Shown: positions 48,589 through 57,747 of the stretch, in pieces | How positions within the stretch are numbered: position 1 is the stretch's first letter | Layout: each line of letters begins with the position of its first letter | Translations under genes and position numbers: made by a program | The notes under the pieces: model-generated | The model's input: the letters and a program-made list of their open reading frames with translations, nothing else | Told to the model about the DNA's origin: nothing | Databases searched by the model: none | Assembly: GCA_965205295.1 (NCBI GenBank) | Contig: OZ242167.1 | Coordinates: 3,826,007 to 3,890,006 of the forward strand | From: Candidatus Multivorans sp. | Lineage (GTDB): Bacteria > Acidobacteriota > Thermoanaerobaculia > Multivoradales > Multivoraceae | DNA length: 64,000 nt | Direction of reading: 5' to 3'

Positions 48589-50756
48589 GCCGGTTCTCCA
48601 TCTTCTGCACCGCCGGTGTCGACGGGCTGAAGCCGGAACCACGCGCCACCTTCGTGCTCCATGGCCTTTAGTTCCAGGCCGTTTCTAGTCGCTGCTTCCC
48701 CGGCAATCGCGAGTCCCAGCCCCATGCCGTCCGGCTTCGTCGAGAACTGCGGCTCGAAGACCACTCCGCTCACGATGTGTTCAGGTTCGATTCCAGGACC
48801 CGTGTCAGTGTAGTCAACGTGCAGCAACCTCTCGTCGTCGGTCGAGATCGCTATCTCTATGCGCTTTTCGGCAGCCTTGGTTGTGTGTAGCCAGTAGAGG
48901 CTGTTGTCGATCAGGTTCGTGAAGATCGCTTGAATGTCCTGCCGCCAGCATGGGTACTTGACCGATCTATCGCCGACAATGCGGCAAGTCACACCCGCTC
49001 GGTCCAATTCTCCAGAAAACGTATCCTGAGCGCGCCGGATGACCCTGAGCAACACTTCCGACTTCCTGCGGGAACGACGTTGCGCCGCCAACGGATCAAG
49101 CCGGCCGAACAGCGTTACCAAGTCGCTCGCGTTCTCCGCTATGCCCGTTGCCCCATCCACTATCTTCGGCACTAGGATCGGGTCGCGCGTCTTCTCGAAG
49201 CGAGTGGCGTGTTTCCGGAGGAGCGGGAATTGGTTGCGGAAGTAGCTCAACGGCCGGCGGCCCTCGTGGAGCACGACGTTGATGATCTTGCCCAGTGTCG
49301 CCTGGCCTTGGTACACCGCAATCGCGTCGCGCAATCGCCTGACAGTCTCGCTTCGCTGCTGCTCTTCGGACTCGATCAGGGCGATCACTTCGGCAGCGGT
49401 CGTGTCGCTCACCCGGGCTCCGCGTAGCGTAGACCGGACTTCGCGCTTCAGAGCATCGAAGGAGTAGAGCCTCTCCAGTTGGCGCTCGACTTTGAACGTC
49501 TTCCTGCCCAAGCCGGCGCGCTGCCGGTACAAGTAGCGTTTCTCCTCCAGCCTGGCGATCACTTTCGTGGTGATGTCCTTCAGCCGGCCGAAGGCCTCGT
49601 TATCGATGAGTCCGTCCCTCGCGCTCTTCTCGATAAGCTGCGATTGTTCTTCCGACTGGATCTGGACGTAGCCGATGACTTGGTTGTTGCCGATGCGAAA
49701 GGCGGGCCTCTGCACGCGCTGCTCGTTGAGTTTGAGCCAGTCGAACTCGGGATCGCCCAGCGGGCGCAGGCGGAATCCGTTCCTGTACACGCCGATACCG
49801 TTGTATTTGTTCAATAGTTGTCGTGTTTGAAGCCTGCCTAAGTAGTTCCCGAGGGCGTCCTTCAACCCACGGCGAATGAGCTGGTCCACCGAGGCTGGAT
49901 CCCGGTCGTAAACCCGAATATCGATCTCAAGCTCCCCGCACCCGGAAGGCCCTTCTAAGTCAATGAGGATCTCTTCGTCCACCGCGTTTCGCGACTTTTG
50001 CTGAGAGTACACGACGGACCCAGTTCCGTCGGCCCCTATCTTGCCCGCGATCCGATAGTCGAAGTGTTCAACGAGCGGAAAGGGTTCCACCTGAGCGTTC
50101 ATATCGTGCACGCCAGGCAGGTCGGAGATGCGGAGAACTACGTCAAAGGGCTGCTCGGTCGCCATTGTCAAAAAGGGAGACATCAGCTTCCTGAGCTCGA
50201 ACTGCAGCTTGTTGAACTGTGAGTCGCTCCAAGGCGGAAGGCTCTTCTCGTCGACGGCCATGGTCAGCGTCGTTCCTGCCTCCTGCTCGACTGACTCCGT
50301 CTCGATCAGGATCTCCACGTCCTCCAGATACTCGGCGCGCTCGAAATCGGCCCATTGGAGGTAGAGGGTGGTCTTCTCTCCAGAGGCCGTCGTTGTCTCT
50401 AGGAGAAGGTCCTTGCCAAGGATCGAGGCTGCGTAGCGGCCGATTCCCTTCCGGCCCTGCATGGTCCTGCCAGCCGGGCTGTGGCCGTCCCGGTGATCTT
50501 TGTCCGGTGTTGACGGGACCATCCACTTGTTGATGACCGTGTCGCGCGTCATGCCGTGGCCGTGGTCGGCGAACTTGATCTGAAACTCGCCATTGCCGGT
50601 CCGCTCGAACGCGATTACCGCGTCCGGCGAGTCTGCGTCGTAGGCGTTCTTGACGAGCTCGATGACCGCCGCATGCGGATCCTGGACCAAGTCGCGTCCG
50701 ATCGTCAGGATGTGCCGTCCGGCGGGCCGGATCCTGTATGAGCCAGACTTAGGCAT
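48585..50756 (-). CDS. fusion protein: N-terminal Bergerat-fold GHKL ATPase (MutL/MORC-like) + C-terminal histidine-kinase core (H-box, N/G1/G2 boxes)
   Basis: The N-terminal motifs are ELVKNAYDA (motif I), DHGHGM (motif II) and GRKGIGRYAA (GxxGxG). The C-terminal H-box is VLHEGRRPLSYF. About 110 aa later come the N-box NLIDNSLYW, G1 DTGPGI and G2 GMGLGL. The ATG at 50756-50754 overlaps the last codons of dcm. Confidence 0.75.
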   Translation of the reverse strand: MPKSGSYRIRPAGRHILTIGRDLVQDPHAAVIELVKNAYDADSPDAVIAFERTGNGEFQIKFADHGHGMTRDTVINKWMVPSTPDKDHRDGHSPAGRTMQGRKGIGRYAASILGKDLLLETTTASGEKTTLYLQWADFERAEYLEDVEILIETESVEQEAGTTLTMAVDEKSLPPWSDSQFNKLQFELRKLMSPFLTMATEQPFDVVLRISDLPGVHDMNAQVEPFPLVEHFDYRIAGKIGADGTGSVVYSQQKSRNAVDEEILIDLEGPSGCGELEIDIRVYDRDPASVDQLIRRGLKDALGNYLGRLQTRQLLNKYNGIGVYRNGFRLRPLGDPEFDWLKLNEQRVQRPAFRIGNNQVIGYVQIQSEEQSQLIEKSARDGLIDNEAFGRLKDITTKVIARLEEKRYLYRQRAGLGRKTFKVERQLERLYSFDALKREVRSTLRGARVSDTTAAEVIALIESEEQQRSETVRRLRDAIAVYQGQATLGKIINVVLHEGRRPLSYFRNQFPLLRKHATRFEKTRDPILVPKIVDGATGIAENASDLVTLFGRLDPLAAQRRSRRKSEVLLRVIRRAQDTFSGELDRAGVTCRIVGDRSVKYPCWRQDIQAIFTNLIDNSLYWLHTTKAAEKRIEIAISTDDERLLHVDYTDTGPGIEPEHIVSGVVFEPQFSTKPDGMGLGLAIAGEAATRNGLELKAMEHEGGAWFRLQPVDTGGAEDGEPA

Positions 50757-52011
50757 GCCAATCCTCTCGGATCCGGGCCGCGATCCCGCGGGACAAGAGC
50801 ACGGGGACTGCGTTGCCGATCTGGCGAAACGCGTGTGTCCGTGACGGCCGCAGCCCGACGCCTTCGAAGTAGTAGTCGTCGGGAAAGGTCTGCAGCCGCG
50901 CCGCCTCCCGCGGCGTGATGGACCGGTTCTGTTCAATGTCGGGGTGAATGTAGTAGTGACCATCCTTGCAGATGTGGGCGACCACGGTGTGCGCGAACGG
51001 CAAGTTTCCCGCCACGACCTTGAACCTGTCCATGAACGCGGCCTTGTTCCGGTGGGTCTTGAGGTGCGGCGGCAATGTGCTGTATCGCAGCCTGGATCGC
51101 CGTTCGTTCCACTCCGTCACCGCTATACGGTAAATCTCGAGATCCCGCTCCGTATGAGGGCGCGCCTGATGCCAAGTCAACGGCAGCGAGCCGCTGACAC
51201 CCGCCTCGACTTGCCACGTGCTCTTGCACGGCAGGCGATGGCACGGCGCGACATCGCCTTCTCCGGCACTAAGCGGGGGCAGGCCCCCGAAGGCCTCGCT
51301 CACGGTGACATCCGGCGCCCACCGCCTCGGCTCAGGGTAGACAGCCGTGCTGCCTTCGCAATGCCCGACCAAGACCACACGTCTCCTGTTCTGCAGCACT
51401 CCGTAGTCCTTCGCGCTCAGGATGCGAAAGCGAGTGTCGTAGCCTAGCTTGCTGAACAAGCGCCGCATGGCGTCCAAGTAACTCGCCCCGTCGCGGTCCT
51501 TGGCCGAAAGAAGCCCAAGGACGTTCTCGAACACGAACACCTTGGGGCGGTACTTCTCCAAGAACTTCGCATAGCACTTGTAAAGGTGATTTCGGTTGTC
51601 CGCCACCATGCCCTTGGGGTCGCGAGAGCGACCGACGATGGAGTAGGCTTGGCAGGGAGGGCCGCCGATGAGCAGGTCCAGTTCGTGCCCGTCCAACCGG
51701 GAGTCGATCTCGCCGTAGATCCGCCGCAAAGTGTCTGGCCGTATCTCCTCGTTGATGACAGAGCGCACAACCTGTTGCGGCACTGCCGCGTACAGCATGT
51801 CCCGGTCGATACTGCCTGCTAGGTAGTCCGCGTACACGTCCTCACGACCGGCTGCTACGAGCCAGTGATAGGCCATTCGGGTACGCAGGGTGTTGCATGC
51901 CGCCGCATCCGTCTCGACATGCGCGATGGGCTGGTAGCCCTCCTGTATGAAACCTTCCGAGAGTCCGCCGCCGCCAGCAAAAAGGTCGACGAAACTCAAT
52001 CGATTACGCAT
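50749..52011 (-). CDS. dcm: DNA (cytosine-5)-methyltransferase (Dcm-like)
   Basis: The C5-MTase motifs are I FVDLFAGGGG, IV GGPPCQAYS, VI ENV and X QIGNAVPV. The start was set at ATG 52011 (MRNRLSFVDLFAGGGG) with an AAGGAA RBS. The track TTG start is at 52041. Confidence 0.88.
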   Translation of the reverse strand: MRNRLSFVDLFAGGGGLSEGFIQEGYQPIAHVETDAAACNTLRTRMAYHWLVAAGREDVYADYLAGSIDRDMLYAAVPQQVVRSVINEEIRPDTLRRIYGEIDSRLDGHELDLLIGGPPCQAYSIVGRSRDPKGMVADNRNHLYKCYAKFLEKYRPKVFVFENVLGLLSAKDRDGASYLDAMRRLFSKLGYDTRFRILSAKDYGVLQNRRRVVLVGHCEGSTAVYPEPRRWAPDVTVSEAFGGLPPLSAGEGDVAPCHRLPCKSTWQVEAGVSGSLPLTWHQARPHTERDLEIYRIAVTEWNERRSRLRYSTLPPHLKTHRNKAAFMDRFKVVAGNLPFAHTVVAHICKDGHYYIHPDIEQNRSITPREAARLQTFPDDYYFEGVGLRPSRTHAFRQIGNAVPVLLSRGIAARIREDWHA

Positions 52012-52198
52012 TCCGGCTGGTTCCTTTGTTCGCACGCTCAAACTCCGCCGATTGTAGACGAGCCAGCGTGACGGCCGATCCTAGCAGGTCACGGGCGCGT
52101 CTCCAGTCATCGAGTCGCTTGCCGCGCTCGTCGCTGGAGGGAAAACTAGGGGATCTTTTCAAAACAAAGGCTCCCGACGGCAATTGCGAGAGGCTCCC

Positions 52199-55100
52199 TT
52201 ACGCCGGTCGTGTTGGTTTGCCGCCGTGGACCGTTGGTTCCGCGCACCACTGGCGACGGAGCAGGTCCAGTGGATCGAGCAGTTCGTTCGGCAGGCCAAG
52301 CACGTCGATCAACACTGCCCGGTCAAGCGCGATGCGGTTCTCGTCGCGGTAGGCCTCGTTGGCGGGCAGGAACGCGGCTTGGCGGAACCCCTCCAGCAAG
52401 CTGGCCGCCTGGGTGATCTGCTTCTCGTCCAGCGCCCGCGGGTCGAGTACGGGGAGTCGAGGAAGCCTGCTGATCGTCAGTATGACACGGCCCTGCTGCT
52501 GCCGGCTCCCGTGCCACCAGAAGGTCATCATGCCCAAGGTGGTGTTTGCCCACAGCAGCACGGCGGACGACCAAGCCTCGTCTTCCAGCTTGAAGTTGGG
52601 CCAAGCCCTGCCGCCCAGCGTCTTGCGCCGCGTCACGCAGGCGGCGAGGGGCTGCGAGTTCAGTTGGAAGTCGAGGCTGAAGTGGAGTCGACTCGCGGTC
52701 CGCCGCCAGGTTCGTGCGGCCCGGTCTGCACAGTTCGGCCGTGGCTGCCCGAAGGAATCCGGCTCGATCTCCAGATGCCGTTCCCGCGCCGCATCATGGC
52801 TCCATAGCGCCGGATAGGTCGGCACTCGACCTTCTTCCCAGGGACGAATGTCGAACGGACCGCGCGGCGGCTTGTCCTCTCCGGGAGGAGTGCCGTTGAT
52901 GTCCCTGTGAACCAGGCCGCGACTGCCGATGGAACCCAGTGGCGCGACCGGGGTCCGGTGTTCCTGCGAGAGCCGGGGCAGGACAAGCCTTCCGTCGTCA
53001 AGAGCTAGCATCGTCCGAGCGAGACCTGGTTCGACGATCGATGCTGCGCCCCCGTTGGTCAGGCCGGTGCGCACGAAAGTGCCGCTCGTCTGGCAGGGCG
53101 TGAGCTCGATCAAGCCCGTGCCTCCGGGGAGATCGCGTATTCGGCGAGCTACGCTGACGGCCTCCAGAACCGTCCGCGGCCGCTTCCGCAGGCTGGCGAA
53201 CAGGGTTTCCGGACCTTGGAGGGGGATTCTCGCTACAGAGCCGAGAGCCTTGGTGCCGACGAGGAGCACCTCAGCCATGCCCGTGTCAGCGGAGAAAGCG
53301 CGGTCGGTCGTCCCCGTAGCGGCGATGGAGACAACGGTCAGATCGCTGAAGAACCCGGCGAGGAGACGACGCGCGGCGTTCCAGGATTCCCCCTGGACAA
53401 ACGAGGCGGGCAGCACAAGGGCCAGGATGCCGCCTGGGCGCAGCTTCAGGTGGGCTAGGTCGACGAAGTTCGACGCCAAGCCGGCGTTGCCGTGCCCGGC
53501 GGAAATCTCCAGCCCGGCTCTCAGTTCCTTCAAACGCCGTGACATCACCCGCTGCTCTTCGGCGCTGGTCGCGAAGCCCGCGAAGGACGGGACAGGAACA
53601 TCCGTGGACTCGTGGTTTGTTGGCCGCGTGAAAGGCGGGTTCATGATGACGAGATCGAAGCTCTCGTTCGGCACCTCCACGATCTTCGGGTCTACGGTCG
53701 ATGCGCCGCCGTGAAGCTCGACGACTCCGGTGTCGAATAGAGGCAGCACACGCTCGTCCGCCAGCAGGTCCAGCGAGCCGATGGCATGCCGACCGCCGCC
53801 TTGCTCTGCTTCGCCGTAGGGCATGGTGTAGATGCGCGTTCGTTTGAAAGGTTGCTGCGGATGGGCGCTGGAGAGAATCGCTGCCGTCAGGTGCGTCGCT
53901 GCCGGCATGATGTCGGCGCCGGTCAACACCTGCTCCATCATCTCGTGGTGGAGCTTCCGGTCGTCGCGTCCGGCCCGCCGCAGCCTTGCGCCCACCCGGT
54001 GCTGGACCGCCGACAACAGGGCGCCGGTGCCGCATGCGAAGTCGGCGATTCGCAGGCGCGCTACCGCTGCTTCGTCGGCCCAGTCGACGTTGAGTCTGGC
54101 GGCCGCCAGTTCGGCAAGCAGGTGAGCGCTGGCTGGGAGCGTGTAGAAGGTGGCCAGGAACTTCCGGTCGCTGATCAGGCGCTGGAACAGAATGCCCGAC
54201 AGATCCTGGATCGTGGTGGCGCCGAGACCCGCGAGTTGAGACGCAGCGTCGATCAGTCTGCCAAGGCACTGCTCAGTCTCACGCTCCGGGATCACCCTCA
54301 GCACGTCGTAGGCGATCTCGAAGATCGGCCAGTAGTCGATGTCGAGCACCTGCTCCCAGGCCCGCAGAACGCGCCTCTTCGAGGTGTTCCCGTGCTTGCT
54401 GCTCAGAGCACTCAAGTCAGGGATGTCCTGGACTCCCGCTATGGCGGACTGAAACAGCAGCGCGTCGAGCAGGATTGCCATCGCCATGCGGGTGGTCTGC
54501 TCGCAGTCTTCCTGGTGTAGAGCGCTTGCAATCCGGCGCAGAACCTCCGGACTGCGGTCGGGTGCCGATCGTCGAAGCCGCTCCGCAGTGGTTCGGACCG
54601 CCCGTTCGAGCAGTTCCAGCCCCTCAGCAATTCGCTGTTCCGAGAGGGACACCTGTTCGACGCAGTCGGCAAGTTCGTCGATTCCGCCTTCAAGCCAATC
54701 GCTTCCGGGCCAGCGTTGAACCGCGCGGCCTTCAAGGGGCGAGCCGGAGAAGGTGCACCATCGGAAACGCCCAGACAGGATGCCGGGACCAAGGTCGCCG
54801 CCGCCTTCGCCCAGATGACCGGGGATGCGCACCGCTAAAACCGCCTCAAGGAGGTCGCCCGTGTCGTGCAACACGCGGCCCAGTCGATTCTTCGCGTCGT
54901 CTTCAACGGTGCGCGCTGGCTCGTACTCGGTCTCCAGGACGACCGGCATGCCGGCTGGGGGCCGCACGACAATGTCCGGTTGGGCACCCGCGTACTCCCT
55001 GATCACTCCCGTTTCTTCGGCCGCTATCCTCCACGAGTCAGGGAGTTTCCGGCTGAGTACGGTAGCCAGGGCGTTGTTGAACGCGGTCTCGACGGTGCGG

Positions 55101-55237
55101 GGCACGGATGCCCGATCATACGGGGTACATCCAACGGTCCGCGCATGTGGGCCCGACAGGAGGGGCTTTGTGGACCAATGGAGCCCGTACCCGATCAGTC
55201 GCGGCCCTGTGAGCATGGAGCGGCTCGGCTGTGCCAT
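52199..55237 (-). CDS. large N6-adenine DNA methyltransferase-domain protein (Type IIG/IIL or BREX-PglX-like; possible N-terminal PD-ExK-like nuclease)
   Basis: The ~1010-aa product has motif I IADFACGTGALL and motif IV VIMNPPF about 115 aa later. The N-terminal ~280 aa contain QPDIVV...VLETEYE. A long C-terminal region is TRD-like. The start was set at ATG 55237, 35 bp from the divergent ATPase gene. Confidence 0.65.
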   Translation of the reverse strand: MAQPSRSMLTGPRLIGYGLHWSTKPLLSGPHARTVGCTPYDRASVPRTVETAFNNALATVLSRKLPDSWRIAAEETGVIREYAGAQPDIVVRPPAGMPVVLETEYEPARTVEDDAKNRLGRVLHDTGDLLEAVLAVRIPGHLGEGGGDLGPGILSGRFRWCTFSGSPLEGRAVQRWPGSDWLEGGIDELADCVEQVSLSEQRIAEGLELLERAVRTTAERLRRSAPDRSPEVLRRIASALHQEDCEQTTRMAMAILLDALLFQSAIAGVQDIPDLSALSSKHGNTSKRRVLRAWEQVLDIDYWPIFEIAYDVLRVIPERETEQCLGRLIDAASQLAGLGATTIQDLSGILFQRLISDRKFLATFYTLPASAHLLAELAAARLNVDWADEAAVARLRIADFACGTGALLSAVQHRVGARLRRAGRDDRKLHHEMMEQVLTGADIMPAATHLTAAILSSAHPQQPFKRTRIYTMPYGEAEQGGGRHAIGSLDLLADERVLPLFDTGVVELHGGASTVDPKIVEVPNESFDLVIMNPPFTRPTNHESTDVPVPSFAGFATSAEEQRVMSRRLKELRAGLEISAGHGNAGLASNFVDLAHLKLRPGGILALVLPASFVQGESWNAARRLLAGFFSDLTVVSIAATGTTDRAFSADTGMAEVLLVGTKALGSVARIPLQGPETLFASLRKRPRTVLEAVSVARRIRDLPGGTGLIELTPCQTSGTFVRTGLTNGGAASIVEPGLARTMLALDDGRLVLPRLSQEHRTPVAPLGSIGSRGLVHRDINGTPPGEDKPPRGPFDIRPWEEGRVPTYPALWSHDAARERHLEIEPDSFGQPRPNCADRAARTWRRTASRLHFSLDFQLNSQPLAACVTRRKTLGGRAWPNFKLEDEAWSSAVLLWANTTLGMMTFWWHGSRQQQGRVILTISRLPRLPVLDPRALDEKQITQAASLLEGFRQAAFLPANEAYRDENRIALDRAVLIDVLGLPNELLDPLDLLRRQWCAEPTVHGGKPTRPA

Positions 55238-55272
55238 GATGCCGTCATATTTCCCGGAACAATGACGGCGAC

Positions 55273-56433
55273 ATGTACAACGAACCCTATCCCCGACTCT
55301 CCCGCCTTCCGGGTCGGAGCTTCTTCCTGCTCGGCGTCCGAGGGGTCGGCAAGAGCACTTGGGCCCGGCAGAACCTCGGCGACGCTCACCGGGTTGACCT
55401 GCTAGACGAAGCGCGCTTTCACGACTACTTGGTCGATCCGGCGTTGTTCGCGGCGGAACTGCGGTCGGTTCCACCCGGAGGCTGGGTGGTGGTCGACGAG
55501 ATTCAGCGCCTGCCGAACCTGCTGAACGAGGTTCATCGGTTCATCGAAGGGCATCGGCTCCGCTTTGCACTCCTCGGGTCCAGCGCCCGAAAGCTGAAGG
55601 CGGCTGGAGTCAACCTGCTGGCGGGGCGAGCGCTGCGCCGGATGATGCACCCTCTGACGCCGGCGGAACTCGGCCGCGAGTTCGACTTCGAGGCCACACT
55701 TCGATGGGGAACCATTCCACTCGTTTGGACCGCCGAGGACCGGCGCGCGACGCTCGAGAGCTATGTGCAGCTCTACCTCCGTGAGGAGATCCGGGCCGAG
55801 GCACTGGTGCGGAATCTGGCCGGCTTCGCCCGTTTCCTGCAGGTTGCCGCTCTCTGTCATGGAGCCACCGTCAACGTGTCGGGCATCGCGCGCGAGTGCG
55901 GCGTCGCCCGAACCACCGTGCAGGGATACCTGGACATCCTGGAAGACACCCTGCTGGCGTACAGGCTGCCAGCCTTCGAAGCGAAGCTGCGCGTGCGCGA
56001 GCGCCGTCACCCGAAGCTCTACTGGGTCGACCCGGGGCTCGTTCGGGCGACGAAGCGGCTTTTCGGTCAGGTCGCGCCCGAGGAGCGCGGAACGCTCCTC
56101 GAGGGATGGGTGCTGCACCTGCTCCGAGCGCACGGGGAGGAGACCGACCTGTACGAGGCGGTCCACTACTGGAGCCCGCACTCCGCGGCCCACACTGAGG
56201 TGGACTTCCTCCTGCGCCGTGGCCGCGAGTTACTGGCGATCGAAGTGAAGTCCCAGGCCAGGTACCACACGGGTCTGCTCCGCGGCTTGCGCGCGGTGGC
56301 CGAACTGGCCGGCATGAGCCGGAGGATCCTCCTGTACGGCGGCAGGCGATCGTTTCGCACCGAAGACGGTATTGAAGTTTGGACGTTCGACGATCTGCAC
56401 CAGGCATTGGCGGAGGATGCGCTCTGGCCGTGA
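55273..56433 (+). CDS. AAA-family ATPase with C-terminal DUF4143 (AAA_14/DUF4143 family)
   Basis: Walker A is LLGVRGVGKST and Walker B VVVDEIQ. The C-terminal DUF4143-like region is RRHPKLYWVDPGL. Confidence 0.75.
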   Translation: MYNEPYPRLSRLPGRSFFLLGVRGVGKSTWARQNLGDAHRVDLLDEARFHDYLVDPALFAAELRSVPPGGWVVVDEIQRLPNLLNEVHRFIEGHRLRFALLGSSARKLKAAGVNLLAGRALRRMMHPLTPAELGREFDFEATLRWGTIPLVWTAEDRRATLESYVQLYLREEIRAEALVRNLAGFARFLQVAALCHGATVNVSGIARECGVARTTVQGYLDILEDTLLAYRLPAFEAKLRVRERRHPKLYWVDPGLVRATKRLFGQVAPEERGTLLEGWVLHLLRAHGEETDLYEAVHYWSPHSAAHTEVDFLLRRGRELLAIEVKSQARYHTGLLRGLRAVAELAGMSRRILLYGGRRSFRTEDGIEVWTFDDLHQALAEDALWP

Positions 56434-56541
56434 TGGGGTCAGTCGGCCTGGACCGCTTGCAGCCTCGGCCAGGCCGCGGCTCGGCTCGCTGTGGCATCAT
56501 CGACCGCTGTTCCGGAATACGCGTCGAATGGGAGGCAAGGT

Positions 56542-57747
56542 ATGGGCAGGTACGGTCTGACGGACGAAGTGATCGGCCTGCGCGAGCAGATGCGCGCGTT
56601 CATCGACGGAAAGGTGATTCCGGCCGAGCCGGACCTGGAGTCGGAAGAGGACCGCGCCCGCGGCCGGATGGCCGAACTCAAGACGTTGGCCAAGCAGCGG
56701 GGGTTGTGGGCGCTTGGGCACCCGGCGGAGATCGGCGGCGGGGGGCTGCCGCTCATGTCCTTCGTCTACCTGAACGAGATCATCGGCCGCTCCCACTACG
56801 GCCAGGTTGCGGTTGGCTCGGCGTCGATGCAGGACTCGATCATGCTCCACCTGTACGCCAACGAGGAGCAGAAGGAGCGCTGGCTCAAGCCCCTCGTGGC
56901 GGGCGAGATCTACCCCTCGGTCGGTCTCACGGAGCCCGAGGTGGCCGGCTCCGATCCGACCCTGATGCAGACCCGGGCGGTGCTCGACGGCGACGACTGG
57001 GTGATCAACGGCCACAAGTGGTTCACCAGCGGCGCCAGCCGGGCCGCGTTCACGACCTGCTTCGCGCTCACCGAGCCGGAAGCCCAGGGCCACCGCAAGT
57101 TCTCCTCGATCATCGTGCCGACGGACACGCCGGGCTATGAGATCGTGCGCGCGGTGCCGACGATGGGCACCACCGCCGGCCAGCACTGCGAGGTGCGCTA
57201 CAACGACGTCCGGGTGCCGAAGGACAACCTTCTCGGCGGCCGCGGCGAGGGCTTCGTCATCGCCCAGCAGCGCCTTGGGCCCGGTCGCATCTTCCACTGC
57301 ATGCGGTGGCTGGGGCAGGCCCAGCGCGCCTTCGAGTTGATGTGCGAGCGTGCCAAGACCCGGTGGGCGCACGGCTCCTACCTGTCCGAGAAGGGCGAGA
57401 TCCAGCGCTACATCGCCGAGTCGGCGGCCGAGATCCAGGCTGCGCGGCTGATGACCCTGGACGCCGCCGAGGCGATGGACCGCGGCGGCCGGGCGCGGGT
57501 GGAGATCTCCCTGATCAAGTTCTGGGGCGCGCGGATGCTCCACAACGTGATCGACCGGGCGATCCAGGTCCACGGAGCGCTCGGCGTGACCGGCGACACG
57601 CCGCTTGAGAAGATGTACCGCGAGGCGCGTTACGCGCGCCTCTACGACGGCCCGGACGAGGTCCACCGCATGGTCGTGGCGCGGCGCATCCTGCGCGATC
57701 CACAGGGCCGGGTGCCCTGGGGCACGTTGGGCGGTGGAGAAAGCTAG
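56542..57747 (+). CDS. acyl-CoA dehydrogenase
   Basis: LTEPEVAGSDPTLMQTRA and a FAD/substrate-binding region are present, with a C-terminal QVHGALGVTGDTPLEKMYREAR. The RBS is GGAGG. Confidence 0.88.
   Translation: MGRYGLTDEVIGLREQMRAFIDGKVIPAEPDLESEEDRARGRMAELKTLAKQRGLWALGHPAEIGGGGLPLMSFVYLNEIIGRSHYGQVAVGSASMQDSIMLHLYANEEQKERWLKPLVAGEIYPSVGLTEPEVAGSDPTLMQTRAVLDGDDWVINGHKWFTSGASRAAFTTCFALTEPEAQGHRKFSSIIVPTDTPGYEIVRAVPTMGTTAGQHCEVRYNDVRVPKDNLLGGRGEGFVIAQQRLGPGRIFHCMRWLGQAQRAFELMCERAKTRWAHGSYLSEKGEIQRYIAESAAEIQAARLMTLDAAEAMDRGGRARVEISLIKFWGARMLHNVIDRAIQVHGALGVTGDTPLEKMYREARYARLYDGPDEVHRMVVARRILRDPQGRVPWGTLGGGES

Noticed and set aside
52042-52198. Terminator or small element between the large MTase and dcm (palindrome CGCAATTGCG)
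   Set aside because: It is a short 10-bp palindrome with direct rather than inverted flanking repeats. This is insufficient for a call, and the region is more likely just the dcm promoter.
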